A DNA stretch of 64,000 nt, taken from contig CACPKH010000003.1 in NCBI GenBank assembly GCA_902634515.1, forward strand, positions 6,627 through 70,626. The letters run 5' to 3'. The DNA comes from an uncultured Prochlorococcus sp. (lineage in GTDB: Bacteria; Cyanobacteriota; Cyanobacteriia; PCC-6307; Cyanobiaceae). The position numbers and the translations under genes were made by a program. The notes below the pieces were generated by a model. That model was not told where the DNA came from. It was given only the letters and a program-made list of their open reading frames with translations, and did no database searches. This document shows positions 50,821-62,372 of the stretch, piece by piece; position 1 is the stretch's first letter, and each line of letters starts with the position of its first letter.

Positions 50821-51144
50821 TTATTGGTTGTTTTCATTATTAGAGAGAATAGTTGATAATCTTTTTCTAAACTCTCCCTTGGGCATACCACCTTTTACTT
50901 CTCCTATTACTTCAAAATCTCCATCTGGTTCCTTAACAAGTAAATAGGTGGGCCATCCCATACCTTCCTTTTTAGGATATTTTGACAATAATATATTCCT
51001 ATATTTACGATAGATTTGTACATCCTGAAGCAAGACGCTAACAAATATTAAACCTAATTCCTCAGAAACAATAGAGTCATAATGACTCATTCGATGACAA
51101 GTCCCACAGTCCTCAGAACTAAATTTCAATAATGTTAGGTTCAT
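50821..51144 (-). CDS. Thioredoxin-fold protein with a CGTC motif
   Basis: 107 aa. FSSEDCGTCHRM (CxxC) near the N-terminus and a WPTYLL block consistent with a thioredoxin-like fold. Confidence 0.5.
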   Translation of the reverse strand: MNLTLLKFSSEDCGTCHRMSHYDSIVSEELGLIFVSVLLQDVQIYRKYRNILLSKYPKKEGMGWPTYLLVKEPDGDFEVIGEVKGGMPKGEFRKRLSTILSNNENNQ

Positions 51145-51234
51145 TTACAAATTCAAAGAATATCTCTCTTATATTATTAGTGAAAATTTATTCTTATAAG
51201 TAATATTGTAAGATATTTTATAGATTAGTTTGAA

Positions 51235-51624
51235 TCAACGTAATTCCAACAACAGTTTATATGTTATTCCTATAATAGGTCCTAGAAACAGAAGAAAGAT
51301 GAATATTGTTGGCATTAAAAGAACAGCCTGATCTGATAAAGGGAGATTAAAGGCTATTTCTAAAAGTTTAGTGAATGATGATAGCAAAAGAATTAACAAT
51401 GATATTATAGAGATTGATATATAGAGCTTATATGGAATATAGCTTGAGCGTAAGAATCGACTAATTTTCTTATATTTAAAACTTACATTTATAAAATTTA
51501 TTATTAGAGAAAAGCCAAGAGGAAGCCAGTAAATAGATTGAGAAGTGTATAATTCAATAAACTTTAAGGAAGAAAGAAAGTAGGTAAGATAAAATATGAA
51601 CAATGAATAATGATAATCTCTCAC
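51235..51624 (-). CDS. Hypothetical small membrane protein
   Basis: 129 aa, four hydrophobic segments, no motif. Very AT-rich. Confidence 0.35.
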   Translation of the reverse strand: MRDYHYSLFIFYLTYFLSSLKFIELYTSQSIYWLPLGFSLIINFINVSFKYKKISRFLRSSYIPYKLYISISIISLLILLLSSFTKLLEIAFNLPLSDQAVLLMPTIFIFLLFLGPIIGITYKLLLELR

Positions 51625-51725
51625 TTAGAAGAAGTTTAATTATAAGATCTTATTAGATTATATATCCTAAATAAAAATAGATCTAATCTTCTTTCAAATT
51701 TTAAATAAAGTGTAAATCAAATAGT

Positions 51726-52106
51726 TTATAATTTTTTACGAATGCGTTTCTTTTTTACTCTATACCTAAAGAATAGCTTTGATAATCTAACTAAGGATCC
51801 TATAACAAGTATAAGAGCTAAAACTATTAGAAGCAGAACAATCAATGCTCCACATATTTTTGAGATTGAATCTATTAATTGAATAAAGCCTTGAGAGAAG
51901 TCAGTCCATGTTTCCTCTAAAAACTTATTTAAAATAAATTCTCCTGGCAAGGAATATAGGAATATAAGAAGATTACTACCTATAGCAAGCATAATAAGAG
52001 CTTCTATAAATGATCTAAATTCATTTTTTAGTGGTTTTGACTTTTTCCCTTTAAATAAATAATGATCTTGACCATTCTTATTTCTCTTTGGATTAGATAA
52101 ACTCAT
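51726..52106 (-). CDS. Hypothetical small membrane protein
   Basis: 126 aa. Basic N- and C-termini with two hydrophobic helices. No motif. Confidence 0.35.
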   Translation of the reverse strand: MSLSNPKRNKNGQDHYLFKGKKSKPLKNEFRSFIEALIMLAIGSNLLIFLYSLPGEFILNKFLEETWTDFSQGFIQLIDSISKICGALIVLLLIVLALILVIGSLVRLSKLFFRYRVKKKRIRKKL

Positions 52107-52171
52107 TGCTTGAACACAAGCTTGTTATTCACTTTCTAATTTTGGCTTTAAAAACAAGAACGTCAACAATT

Positions 52172-52771
52172 TCATTGTTTTTGTTTTAAGGATTTTTCTT
52201 GTGTAGTAATCACTTTCTGCTCTGAATCTTCAATTGGTATATTTAACAACATAATTGAAGACAAGAATAATGTGAAGCAACCTAAGACTGGAAAGAAAAA
52301 ACCTTTTAAAGCTTTCTTATTCAAGCCTAGGTCACTTCTTTTCAGTGGTTGATCTAATGGCAAATCCCAATCAATAAGTATGTTCTGATCTGCTTTTAAC
52401 TGATCAAAACACTTGGTAAGGTCTATTAATTCTGCATCATCAAGATAAATTATCAAAGGCTTTACTCCTTCCTTGCTGCTTCTAAGAGAAAATTGATGTC
52501 TATTCTTAGTTGGTGTTATATATATAAGACTAGATGGAGAACCTACAACAGTTCTAACACCAGAAATATAATTTCTTGAATACTCCAAAACAGTTCGAAG
52601 GAAAGTTTCTAGATGCTCTTTCTTACCTTCTAACTCTGGAAATCCAATAAGATTAAGTCTCCAAGACAAAATAATCCCAATTTCATTTATTGAATGCCCC
52701 AAGGAAGTATCTGGTAAACCTTGAACTTCAAGTCTTGCAATGCCAAAATCGTAGCGCAATATTTTTTTCAT
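52172..52771 (-). CDS. Conserved cyanobacterial hypothetical protein (DUF4335-like)
   Basis: 199 aa. N-terminal RYDFGIARLEVQGLPD pattern and a C-terminal transmembrane helix. The family call is from memory. Confidence 0.4.
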   Translation of the reverse strand: MKKILRYDFGIARLEVQGLPDTSLGHSINEIGIILSWRLNLIGFPELEGKKEHLETFLRTVLEYSRNYISGVRTVVGSPSSLIYITPTKNRHQFSLRSSKEGVKPLIIYLDDAELIDLTKCFDQLKADQNILIDWDLPLDQPLKRSDLGLNKKALKGFFFPVLGCFTLFLSSIMLLNIPIEDSEQKVITTQEKSLKQKQ

Positions 52772-53319
52772 CTTATTGGGTCTTGTAGACTGGCTTTTAG
52801 CCTAGCTTTGCCTCCCTCTCCAGAAGCGAGGGCTAATGTAATCACAAGCTCTCTATAAAACTTTGATTGGTCTTGTAAAAGGTACTTTTTAACAATGCTG
52901 CGTTTTATATTTAATCTCTCAATAATCAACTCATTAAATCGGGTATTAAAAACATCCCACTTCTCATTCTTTATGTTTTCTGGTTCTTTTGATGAAAGTA
53001 GATCTCTAATTTTAGGGTAGAAAAAGTCTGCCATAAATGATAATAGGGTAATCAATGCCTCTAAGGTCTCTTGAGTAATAGAACCGTTTTTAGAGGTTTT
53101 TCTCATAGTGTTATAACAGCGTAATTTCCAGAATTCGACCTTGTTTGGGAAATAATTTTGTAAGTTAAGCTTATCTATAGCAAATACAATAGATTGAGAT
53201 GCATTTGTGTCCAATGACTCAATTGCCAATAAAAGTAGATCAAGCCTTTGAAAGGCTCGCTTACTTATAAATTCTCGTGGTTGAAATGAAATAATCAAGT
53301 TAATAGTTAACCTCTTCAC
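52768..53319 (-). CDS. Conserved cyanobacterial hypothetical protein (DUF3038-like)
   Basis: 183 aa, helical and soluble. Its stop overlaps the start of the downstream DUF4335-like gene by 4 nt. The family call is from memory. Confidence 0.4.
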   Translation of the reverse strand: MKRLTINLIISFQPREFISKRAFQRLDLLLLAIESLDTNASQSIVFAIDKLNLQNYFPNKVEFWKLRCYNTMRKTSKNGSITQETLEALITLLSFMADFFYPKIRDLLSSKEPENIKNEKWDVFNTRFNELIIERLNIKRSIVKKYLLQDQSKFYRELVITLALASGEGGKARLKASLQDPIR

Positions 53320-53486
53320 CCCAAAAGATAAATCTAGGGTAAGGCAATTTAAAGGTTAGAATCATAATGACATAATATCAGTGAATCTAAAATTATGGGT
53401 TGGGTGGGTATGGCCTAGTCAATCGGTCTACCTAGGAAAGAAAGATGAAATATGATTAACTAAGGAATATTGGATAGAATGAAATT

Positions 53487-53702
53487 CTAAAATTTATTCT
53501 GATCTAACCAATCAAGAAAAGTTTGATAATCACTTAGTGAAATCAAACCGTAAGACCATAATATTATTGCCAATGGAGCTTTCTCTTCAAATGATTTCTT
53601 AAAAGCAAGCTCTATAGCTTGATTACTAAGTCCAAATTCATTCTTTAGAAATTTTATAGTATCATTTGAATAATTCAAACTATTACCTTTCTTGAATTTC
53701 AT
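53487..53702 (-). CDS. Small conserved cyanobacterial protein (DUF2949-like)
   Basis: 71 aa. APLAIILWSYGLISLSDYQTFLDWL pattern. Begins 2 nt downstream of the monooxygenase gene. Confidence 0.4.
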   Translation of the reverse strand: MKFKKGNSLNYSNDTIKFLKNEFGLSNQAIELAFKKSFEEKAPLAIILWSYGLISLSDYQTFLDWLDQNKF

Positions 53703-53704
53703 AA

Positions 53705-54859
53705 TTATAAATCTTTGTTTTTCAAAGCAGATGGTAAATGATATATTCCATCTGTCATTATGGATAAAATAAGAAGTCGTAGGATTTTTATGTTAGAGAT
53801 AGAGACAAATAATAACTTTCTAAAAATCATTAAAAAAGGGTTCTTATTTGAAAATATACGAATAATTGAATCTGTAAATAATGATGTTATTAAGACATCT
53901 AAATACCTCTGTTTGCTAAATGATCTGACGAGAGAGTTGTACTTGCATAAATTTTCTTTTTTCTTTTGCAATAAATTAATTATCTGATTTATATCTCTAA
54001 TTGAAAGATTCAATCCTTGGCCACCAACGGGATGTATGCTATGTACCGATTCTCCTAAAAGTATATTATTCTTTTTAAACATTCTAAAGCTAAGTAAAAA
54101 TTCAACTTCTGACAAATGAGGCTTATTTGTAATAGAGTCTGGTTCAATCCCTTTAGGCAATGCTGTACAAAGATTATCCAAAAATATAGATCTAGAAAGA
54201 TTCATTCTCTTTTTACAAAGATCTAGTGATGAACTCCATATAATTTGATATACATCATCCTTCAATGGAAGAATAGCAAGAGGGCCTTCTGACCTAAGTA
54301 TTTCATAAGCTCTGAATGGTTTAGCTCCTCTTAACAAGACCCTACAGGTGATACATGCTTGTGAATATTTAAATGAAGCACTCTTAATATTTAATAAATC
54401 TCTTGAAGAAGAAAACTTTCCATCAGCTGCAAATGAAAAATCATAATTATAATTATCTAATATAGATGTAGATTGATTAATAACATTTATATAATCTGAT
54501 TGAGATATTTTTGTTAGAAGAACTTGCATAAAAGATTTGTGATCTACTATCCAACCAATTGCTTGATGCTTGAGATTGTCTAGGGATAGATCATATAAAT
54601 CAAAAACCTTGCTTACATTTAAAGAGCTATCATGTATTGATAATGAGTTGAAAGGTGAAGTAACTCTTTCGATATCTTTCCATATATTAATTCTTTGAAA
54701 AAGTCTTCTAGATGAATGAGTCAATGCATATGATCTATCATTGTTAGATAAAATATTTAATGGAATAGTCTCATATATATCTACATTTATGCCTAAAGAA
54801 GCTAATGACAAGCCTAATATTGAGCCAGTAGGTCCAGCTCCAATAATTTTAATATTCAT
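53705..54859 (-). CDS. FAD-dependent monooxygenase of the UbiH/UbiF/Coq6 family (prenylquinone hydroxylase)
   Basis: 384 aa. N-terminal IIGAGPTGS dinucleotide motif and GESVHSIHPVGGQGLNLSIRD. Confidence 0.8.
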   Translation of the reverse strand: MNIKIIGAGPTGSILGLSLASLGINVDIYETIPLNILSNNDRSYALTHSSRRLFQRINIWKDIERVTSPFNSLSIHDSSLNVSKVFDLYDLSLDNLKHQAIGWIVDHKSFMQVLLTKISQSDYINVINQSTSILDNYNYDFSFAADGKFSSSRDLLNIKSASFKYSQACITCRVLLRGAKPFRAYEILRSEGPLAILPLKDDVYQIIWSSSLDLCKKRMNLSRSIFLDNLCTALPKGIEPDSITNKPHLSEVEFLLSFRMFKKNNILLGESVHSIHPVGGQGLNLSIRDINQIINLLQKKKENLCKYNSLVRSFSKQRYLDVLITSLFTDSIIRIFSNKNPFLMIFRKLLFVSISNIKILRLLILSIMTDGIYHLPSALKNKDL

Positions 54860-54894
54860 ACTGATATAGCTTCATATGAACTAAATGCTGATAA

Positions 54895-55557
54895 TTAATC
54901 AGTATAAAGCTTATCCGTGATTCTATAAAAGCATAATTCCTCAAAAGCAGGTCTTAATAAAAAAGGGTACTCTCCAACCCACATTTTTTCTCTTGGTAAC
55001 CAGGCATCAGTAGTTGTAAAAACAGAATTGAAATCTCTATCCTGACTAAATACTAGACATCTAATTTTAGCGCCTTCTCTTATAATCTGATGTTTACTTT
55101 CCAATGGAAAATTTAGTTGAGTAAGGTAACCATCTTCATCACCAATATCTAAAAAGAGCCAGGTTCGTCTATTTTCAACTAATTCTAATTCACCTAATTT
55201 ATTAGCTTGTTCATGACTATTCTCTATCTTTTCCTGAGTATATAAATCAATAATTTGACCTTCAAATAAAGCTACATTTTTTAAGCCCCTTAATTTAGAA
55301 TTTTGTCTACTAGCTTCCAAAATTGGGCCCCAAAGAATATAAAGTAAAAGTACAACACCAAGAATTAACCATAATGAATAAAACTGACTTGAAACCTGGC
55401 TCTGACTAATTAACAAAGTTATTACTCCACATATAGAAGAGATAATTATTCTTTGAAGAATTTTTCTAGGATTACCTAAAGCGGCATTGAATTGATTACC
55501 AGTCGCAACTGCTGGTATCAGTCTCTCAAGTTCACCAGGTTTTAATTTAACTAGCAT
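54895..55557 (-). CDS. Conserved hypothetical membrane protein
   Basis: 220 aa. Two central hydrophobic helices and a soluble C-terminal domain. No known motif recognised. Confidence 0.4.
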   Translation of the reverse strand: MLVKLKPGELERLIPAVATGNQFNAALGNPRKILQRIIISSICGVITLLISQSQVSSQFYSLWLILGVVLLLYILWGPILEASRQNSKLRGLKNVALFEGQIIDLYTQEKIENSHEQANKLGELELVENRRTWLFLDIGDEDGYLTQLNFPLESKHQIIREGAKIRCLVFSQDRDFNSVFTTTDAWLPREKMWVGEYPFLLRPAFEELCFYRITDKLYTD

Positions 55558-55566
55558 TTTTAATAA

Positions 55567-56421
55567 CTATAAAAGTTTCTCCAAACCATAAATAAGCCCA
55601 TTTAGTTCTCTTACTTTACGAGCTGCTAGCTTGACTCCAGGCATATAAGCAGATCTATCTATGGTGTTATGAGACAAAATATAAGTTTCACCAGGCGCTC
55701 CAAAAACAACCTCTTGATGAGCAACTAATCCAGGAAGGCGTATTGAGTGAACTCTTAATCCACTGGGCCTATAACCTCCTCTAGAACCTTTCAATGATTC
55801 TTTTTCATCAACAATTGTTTTGTTAAAGCTTTTGCCTATATCTTCCATTAATTCGGCTGTTTTTATACAAGTTCCACTTGGCGCATCTGCCTTTTGATTA
55901 TGGTGAGATTCTATTAATTCAGCATGGTCATAAAAATTAGCTGCAGCTGCAGCTGCTTGCTGTAAAAGAATCATTCCCACAGAAAAGTTTGGTATTACTG
56001 CTGAACCAATAGAGGCTTTCTCCGCAAAATCCCTTAACTCTGCTAATTGATCAGGTCTTAAACCTGTTGTTCCTATTACTGGATGCACTCCATAAGCTAT
56101 TGCAGCTCTGGTATGTTCATAAGCTACAGAGGGATGGGTAAAGTCAATTAGAACAGGGGTATTTGGTAATGATGAATTTCTATATGTCTGACTGGCTAGA
56201 CATAATGAACCTTCTAAATCTGATGTTATTGATAAATCCATTTGATCGAGGCCTAAAGTCAACCCAACATCTTCTCCCTCCTTGTTTGGATTAGTATCAA
56301 TTGCAGCAACCAGAAAAAAGTCATTTGAAGAAGATATAGCTTTTATTACCTCTGAGCCCATTTTACCTAGCGCTCCAGCTACTAAAACAGGTATTTTTTT
56401 GTCGTTTGGATTTTGCATCAA
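55567..56421 (-). CDS. dapB: 4-hydroxy-tetrahydrodipicolinate reductase
   Basis: 284 aa. GALGKMG NAD(P) motif and the [14 protein letters not shown] catalytic block. Confidence 0.9.
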   Translation of the reverse strand: MMQNPNDKKIPVLVAGALGKMGSEVIKAISSSNDFFLVAAIDTNPNKEGEDVGLTLGLDQMDLSITSDLEGSLCLASQTYRNSSLPNTPVLIDFTHPSVAYEHTRAAIAYGVHPVIGTTGLRPDQLAELRDFAEKASIGSAVIPNFSVGMILLQQAAAAAANFYDHAELIESHHNQKADAPSGTCIKTAELMEDIGKSFNKTIVDEKESLKGSRGGYRPSGLRVHSIRLPGLVAHQEVVFGAPGETYILSHNTIDRSAYMPGVKLAARKVRELNGLIYGLEKLL

Positions 56422-56537
56422 AAAAGAACTATTTGTTTAATCATATGGATTTTCAATTAGTTGTAACAGCAAATAGAAAAAACTCACAGTTATGGCACTT
56501 ATAAACGTAGGCTGGGTCGAAATACTTAGAAAGAAAA

Positions 56538-59500
56538 ATGTTCACGCAGGTTCGCTCAGCTAATCGCAGAGTTCTACCTGTAGAAGGTCAAGAACACAAA
56601 TTCATAATGAAGGCGGTATACCTAGTTCTTGAACCGCAATATCAGAATGCATTAACAGAAGCAGCTAGATCACTAAATGCACAAAATGGATCTATTGGGA
56701 TAGAGCTAAATGGATACCTAATCGAGGAACTAAGAAATGAAAAAAACTATTCAGATTTCAAATCAGATATATCTAAAGCAGATGTTTTTATTGGCTCACT
56801 AATTTTTATAGAGGATTTAGCTCAAAAAGTAGTAGAGGCTGTTGAACCTCATAAAGAGAGATTAAAGGCATCCGTTGTTTTTCCATCGATGCCAGAGGTA
56901 ATGAGACTAAACAAATTGGGCACTTTTTCTATGGCTCAATTAGGTCAAAGCAAAAGCCTTATAGGCGACTTTATGAAAAAAAGGAAGGAAGCAGGTGGAG
57001 CAGGTTTTCAAGATTCCATGCTTAAGTTATTAAATACACTCCCATCAATACTTAAGTTTCTACCAGTAGAGAAAGCACAGGATGCAAGAAATTTTATTCT
57101 GAGTTTTCAATATTGGCTTGGAGGCACTCCAGTTAATTTGAAGAATCTTTTTCTCTTATTAGCAGAAAAGTACGTAATAAAAGATATTTCGGAAATTAAG
57201 AGCTTAGGTGTAGAGGTTCAAGAACCTGAGGTTTTCCCAGACTTAGGTATATGGCATCCAATAGCTCCAAGGATGTTTGAGGATATAAAAGAATATTTAA
57301 ATTGGACAACTTCAAGAAAAGATCTTTCTGACAAGGCATCTAAAGGACCAGTTATTGGCTTAGTTCTGCAAAGAAGTCACATTGTTACTGGAGATGATGC
57401 CCATTATGTTGCAATAATCCAAGAGCTTGAATACAGAGGGGCAACAGTAATTCCAGTTTTTTGTGGAGGACTTGATTTTTCAAAACCAGTTGATACCTTC
57501 TTTTACGATCCATTAAATAATGATCATCCAATAGTTGATGGTGTTGTATCCCTTACAGGTTTTGCTCTTGTGGGAGGGCCTGCAAGACAAGATCATCCAA
57601 AAGCCATAGATGCACTAAAAAAACTGAACCGACCATATATGGTTGCTTTGCCCTTAGTTTTTCAAACAACTCAGGAATGGGAAGGAAGTGATCTTGGTTT
57701 ACATCCAGTTCAAGTAGCTCTTCAAATTGCAATCCCAGAGTTAGATGGAGCAATAGAACCTATAGTTTTATCTGGTAGAGATGACGCAACTGGTAAAGCT
57801 CATACACTTCAAGACAGAGTTGATTCGATAGCAGAAAGAGCTATAAGATGGTCATCTTTACGAATTAAAGAAAGAGCAGAAAAGAAATTAGCTATCACAG
57901 TATTTAGCTTCCCTCCTGATAAAGGGAATGTTGGAACTGCAGCATATCTAAATGTATTCGGATCAATCCACAGGGTTCTCCAAGAAATGAAGGCCAAAGG
58001 CTATGACATTCAAGGATTGCCGAAAGATGGAAAAGGTTTGATGGAGAAACTTATTAATGATCCAGAAGCTCTAAAAGGTTCTCCAGAACTAACCATTGCT
58101 CATAGAATGAGTGTAAATGAATACGAACGTTTAACTCCATACTCAAACAGACTTGAAGAGAATTGGGGCAAGCCTCCAGGGACACTTAATACAGATGGGC
58201 AGAATTTATTAATTTATGGATGCCACTTTGGGAATGTTTTTATAGGAGTACAACCAACCTTTGGTTATGAAGGTGACCCAATGAGGCTACTTTATTCAAA
58301 AAGTGCAAGTCCTCATCATGGATTTGCTGCTTATTACACTTATTTAGAAAAGGTTTGGGGAGCAGATGCTGTCCTTCATTTTGGAACACACGGATCCCTT
58401 GAATTCATGCCTGGCAAACAGATGGGGATGAGTGAAACTTGTTATCCAGATTCATTAATAGGAGGTTTGCCTAACCTTTATTACTATGCAGCAAACAATC
58501 CATCGGAAGCCACTATTGCAAAGAGACGTGGTTATGCATCCACAATTAGTTATTTAACCCCACCTGCAGAAAATGCAGGATTATATAAGGGTTTAAAAGA
58601 ACTTAGTGAATTAGTCGCTTCATACCAACAACTAAGAGAGAACAGTAGAGGCATTCAAATAGTTAATGCAATTATTGAAACCGCAAAAAAATGTAATTTA
58701 GATAAAGACGTTGCTCTTCCTTCTCAAGAAGCCTCCTCTCTAGAATTAGAAGATAGAGATTCAGTTGTTGGTGCAATATACGGTCAATTAATGGAAATAG
58801 AAAGCAGGTTGCTCCCATGCGGACTACATACTATTGGCATGCCCCCAACAGCAGAAGAAGCCATAGCAACATTAGTCAGTATTTCAGCACTGGAAAGAGA
58901 ACAAGAAGGATTAAGATCACTACCTGGACTTCTGGCAGAATCAATTAGTAGAGAAATAGATGATATATATAAAGGAAATAATAATGGTGTATTGAAAGAT
59001 GTAGAACTAAATAAAAAAATAACGGAAACATCAAGACTAGCGGTAAAAGCACTTGTTAATTCACTTACTGGAAATGATGGAAGAGTTACTCTTAAGAAGA
59101 ACTTAATGACAATAATTCTTGATTTCTTAAAGAAGTTAGGAGTTCAAATTCCATCACCGTGGATAACAAAATGTAAGCAGGGTGGGTTCCAGAATATCGA
59201 TCAAAATGAACTTGATAAATTATTTAAATATCTTCGTTTTTGTCTAGACCAAATATGTGCTGATAAGGAAATGGAGAGTTTATTAAGTGCATTAGATGGA
59301 AACTATGTTCTGCCCGGTCCAGGTGGTGATCCAATTAGAAACCCTGGAGTGCTACCCAGTGGGAAAAATATTCATGCATTAGACCCTCAGTCAATACCCA
59401 CTACAGCGGCTGTGGCTGCTGCAAAAGGAGTGGTTGATAAATTAATTGAGAAACAAAAAGAAGAACAAGGATCATGGCCTGAGACCATAGCTTGCGTTCT

Positions 59501-60554
59501 TTGGGGTACAGATAATATCAAAACCTATGGCGAATCACTTGCACAAATCCTTTGGTTTGTAGGAGTTAAACCAATGCCAGACTCAGTAGGAAGAGTTAAT
59601 AAATTAGAATTAATACCTTTAGAAGAATTAAAGAGACCAAGAATTGATGTAGTTGTTAATTGCTCGGGCGTTTTTAGAGACTTGTTTATAAACCAAATGG
59701 CTCTAATAGATCAAGCTGTAAAAATGGCTGCAGAAGCTGATGAACCATTAGAAGAAAATTTTGTTAGAAAGCATTCATTAGAACAAGCTAAGGCAGAAGG
59801 GATAGAAATTCGTGAAGCTGCATGCAGAGTCTTTTCGAATTCAAGTGGCAGTTATAGCTCAAACGTAAATCTGGCAGTAGAGAATTCAACCTGGGAAGAG
59901 GAAAATGAACTACAAGAAATGTACCTTTCTAGAAAAACATATGCTTTTGATGCTGATAACCCTGGCGAAATGAACCAAAACAGGCAAGTGTTTGAGTCAG
60001 TTATGAAAACAGCAGATGTTACTTTCCAAAATTTAGATTCATCAGAAATCTCTCTTACTGATGTTAGTCATTACTTTGATTCTGATCCAACAAACCTAAT
60101 TAAAAACTTAAGAGATGATGGTAAGACCCCTAATAGCTATATTGCAGATACAACTACAGCCAATGCGCAAGTAAGATCATTAAGTGAAACAATAAGACTA
60201 GACTCAAGAACTAAATTACTTAATCCAAAATGGTATGAAGGAATGCTTAACTCTGGCTATGAAGGAGTTAGAGAAGTATCAAATAGACTTAACTATACTT
60301 TAGGCTGGAGTGCAACTAGTGGACAAGTTGATAACTTTGTCTACGAAGAAAGTAATGAGACATTTATAAATGATCCCAAAATGAGGAAGAGGTTGATGGA
60401 TTTAAATCCACATAGTTTTAGAAGAATAGTAGGAACATTACTTGAAGTTAATGGGAGAGGTTATTGGGATACATCTGATGAAAACATTGAGCAATTAAAA
60501 GATTTATACCAAGAAGTTGAAGACAAAATAGAAGGTGTAACCGAAGAAGGTTAG
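56538..60554 (+). CDS. chlH: Magnesium chelatase subunit H
   Basis: 1338 aa. Strongly conserved ChlH blocks ([40 protein letters not shown]). Confidence 0.97.
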   Translation: MFTQVRSANRRVLPVEGQEHKFIMKAVYLVLEPQYQNALTEAARSLNAQNGSIGIELNGYLIEELRNEKNYSDFKSDISKADVFIGSLIFIEDLAQKVVEAVEPHKERLKASVVFPSMPEVMRLNKLGTFSMAQLGQSKSLIGDFMKKRKEAGGAGFQDSMLKLLNTLPSILKFLPVEKAQDARNFILSFQYWLGGTPVNLKNLFLLLAEKYVIKDISEIKSLGVEVQEPEVFPDLGIWHPIAPRMFEDIKEYLNWTTSRKDLSDKASKGPVIGLVLQRSHIVTGDDAHYVAIIQELEYRGATVIPVFCGGLDFSKPVDTFFYDPLNNDHPIVDGVVSLTGFALVGGPARQDHPKAIDALKKLNRPYMVALPLVFQTTQEWEGSDLGLHPVQVALQIAIPELDGAIEPIVLSGRDDATGKAHTLQDRVDSIAERAIRWSSLRIKERAEKKLAITVFSFPPDKGNVGTAAYLNVFGSIHRVLQEMKAKGYDIQGLPKDGKGLMEKLINDPEALKGSPELTIAHRMSVNEYERLTPYSNRLEENWGKPPGTLNTDGQNLLIYGCHFGNVFIGVQPTFGYEGDPMRLLYSKSASPHHGFAAYYTYLEKVWGADAVLHFGTHGSLEFMPGKQMGMSETCYPDSLIGGLPNLYYYAANNPSEATIAKRRGYASTISYLTPPAENAGLYKGLKELSELVASYQQLRENSRGIQIVNAIIETAKKCNLDKDVALPSQEASSLELEDRDSVVGAIYGQLMEIESRLLPCGLHTIGMPPTAEEAIATLVSISALEREQEGLRSLPGLLAESISREIDDIYKGNNNGVLKDVELNKKITETSRLAVKALVNSLTGNDGRVTLKKNLMTIILDFLKKLGVQIPSPWITKCKQGGFQNIDQNELDKLFKYLRFCLDQICADKEMESLLSALDGNYVLPGPGGDPIRNPGVLPSGKNIHALDPQSIPTTAAVAAAKGVVDKLIEKQKEEQGSWPETIACVLWGTDNIKTYGESLAQILWFVGVKPMPDSVGRVNKLELIPLEELKRPRIDVVVNCSGVFRDLFINQMALIDQAVKMAAEADEPLEENFVRKHSLEQAKAEGIEIREAACRVFSNSSGSYSSNVNLAVENSTWEEENELQEMYLSRKTYAFDADNPGEMNQNRQVFESVMKTADVTFQNLDSSEISLTDVSHYFDSDPTNLIKNLRDDGKTPNSYIADTTTANAQVRSLSETIRLDSRTKLLNPKWYEGMLNSGYEGVREVSNRLNYTLGWSATSGQVDNFVYEESNETFINDPKMRKRLMDLNPHSFRRIVGTLLEVNGRGYWDTSDENIEQLKDLYQEVEDKIEGVTEEG

Positions 60555-60558
60555 ACCT

Positions 60559-61410
60559 CTACCAAATTTGTTCTGAGATATTAATCACTCGAGAGATCTC
60601 ATTAACATCATGTACTCTAACAATATCTACTTTTGCTTGGACACACTTACAAACTACTGCTGCAGTGCCAATTAACCTTTTATTAGGATCATCTTCTTTC
60701 AAAAAATAACCAATAAATTTCTTTCTCGAAGGACCTAATAAAATAGGGAATTTTTTATTTGTAAAATAATCAAGATTCTTTACTAGTTTTATATTGTCAT
60801 CGTTATTCTTTGCAAATCCCAATCCAGGGTCCCAAATAATCTGATTACTATTCACTCCTTTATCTAAAGCATTTTGTGTTAGTTCCAATAGCTCTTGATA
60901 TACATCAAATACAACATCATTGTATCTCGCATAATTATTCATTGTTCTACTATCTCCTCTGCTATGAGTAATAACAAAAGGACAATTAGAGCCTGATATG
61001 ACATCATACATATTCTTATCCATTCTTCCACCACTAATATCATTTATCCAATTTGCTCCAACTTCAAGAGCTTTCTCAGCAACAATAGAGTTAAACGTAT
61101 CTACAGAAATTATTGCATCTGGAAAATTTTCTCGAATAACTTTTAAGGATGGCAAAAGCCTCTTTAACTCAGTTTTAACATCTACATAATTAGCACCAGG
61201 CCTTGTACTTTGGGCTCCTAAGTCAAGAACACTGGCTCCTTTCTCAAGACAAAGTGAAGCTCTTTTACATGCATCATCAGGGTCTAAATACAAACCGCCA
61301 TCGCTAAATGAGTCAGGAGTAATGTTAATAACTCCCATTATAGAGATTTTTTTTCTCCAAAGAGGAGGCCAAAGAGTATTAGATATTTGTATAGTTTGAA
61401 ATCCTTGCAA
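60559..61410 (-). CDS. folP: Dihydropteroate synthase
   Basis: 283 aa. [15 protein letters not shown] and DPGLGFAK motifs. The longest ORF overlaps tpiA by 32 nt, so the internal Met at about 61338 may be the real start. Confidence 0.9.
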   Translation of the reverse strand: MQGFQTIQISNTLWPPLWRKKISIMGVINITPDSFSDGGLYLDPDDACKRASLCLEKGASVLDLGAQSTRPGANYVDVKTELKRLLPSLKVIRENFPDAIISVDTFNSIVAEKALEVGANWINDISGGRMDKNMYDVISGSNCPFVITHSRGDSRTMNNYARYNDVVFDVYQELLELTQNALDKGVNSNQIIWDPGLGFAKNNDDNIKLVKNLDYFTNKKFPILLGPSRKKFIGYFLKEDDPNKRLIGTAAVVCKCVQAKVDIVRVHDVNEISRVINISEQIW

Positions 61411-62110
61411 AGCTTACTGGATCTAAAGAGGCACCTCCAACAAGGACACCATCTATATCACTCATAGACATAATCTCATCAATATTGGCAGGCTTAACAG
61501 AACCACCATATTGAACAACTAGTTTTGAGGTATCAACCCATTGACGTATCAAATTACAAATACGATTTGCTTCTTTTGATTCACATGTCTTTCCAGTACC
61601 TATAGCCCAAATAGGTTCATATGCAATTACAAGATTTTCTTTATCAGTCTTTTCTAATCCTTGATCGACTTGCCTTTTAATAACTCTTTCAGCTTCTCCT
61701 CTCTCCCTTTGCTCAATAGTTTCACCAACACAAACAATAGGGATTAATCCATTTGCCTGTGCTGATCTAGCTCTTAAATTAATTTGTTCATCGCTTTCAC
61801 TAAAATATTTTCTAGGTTCACTATGACCAACTATTGCATAGCGAACACTGTGTTCCAAAAGCATTTGAGGGGATATCTCAGCAGTAAAGGCACCACTATC
61901 TTCCCAATGAACATTTTGACTTGACAAGTGAACAGTAGAACCTTTCAAATCATTGGCCAAGGTAGAGATAGCTGTAAAAGGAGGAGCTAAAACCAATTCA
62001 CGATCTTCAGGACAATCTTCTACCAAGGGAAGATATGTCTCCAAATATTCTTTAGCTTGAGCACATGTCATGTGCATCTTCCAATTTCCAGCAATAACCG
62101 TTTTGCTCAC
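61379..62110 (-). CDS. tpiA: Triosephosphate isomerase
   Basis: 243 aa. AGNWKMH, VGHSERR-like (VGHSEPR), [11 protein letters not shown] and YGGSV motifs. Confidence 0.95.
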   Translation of the reverse strand: MSKTVIAGNWKMHMTCAQAKEYLETYLPLVEDCPEDRELVLAPPFTAISTLANDLKGSTVHLSSQNVHWEDSGAFTAEISPQMLLEHSVRYAIVGHSEPRKYFSESDEQINLRARSAQANGLIPIVCVGETIEQRERGEAERVIKRQVDQGLEKTDKENLVIAYEPIWAIGTGKTCESKEANRICNLIRQWVDTSKLVVQYGGSVKPANIDEIMSMSDIDGVLVGGASLDPVSFARISNYTNI

Positions 62111-62126
62111 CTTTCTCCTATTGATT

Positions 62127-62339
62127 TCAACTATCTAACTTAGATCCTTGAGTGTCTCTATCTGAAAAGATGTACTGAATATTGCCAAAACATACTAAAT
62201 CTCCATGTTTTAGTTTCCTGCCTCGCCTAGTCTCTAGTTGTTCATTCACAGTTACAAGTCCAGAACTAATTACGTTCTTAGCTTGTCCTCCTGTATCAAC
62301 TAACCCTCTCCATTTAAGGAATTGATCCAGTTTCATCAC
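62127..62339 (-). CDS. S4-domain RNA-binding protein (YbcJ-like)
   Basis: 70 aa. The [40 protein letters not shown] pattern is typical of small S4-like proteins. Confidence 0.6.
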   Translation of the reverse strand: MMKLDQFLKWRGLVDTGGQAKNVISSGLVTVNEQLETRRGRKLKHGDLVCFGNIQYIFSDRDTQGSKLDS

Positions 62340-62372
62340 AAAAGTCCAAATAAATGTTGTTAGATTAGTGGA

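Noticed and set aside
53320-53486. 167-bp intergenic region containing GGTTGGGTGGGTATGGCCTAG...CCTAGG, inspected for a small RNA or a small ORF.
   Set aside because: It contains only tiny ORFs (7 aa or fewer), no convincing stem-loop or terminator, and no match to any ncRNA motif I can recall, such as the Yfr1 ACUCCUCACAC box.
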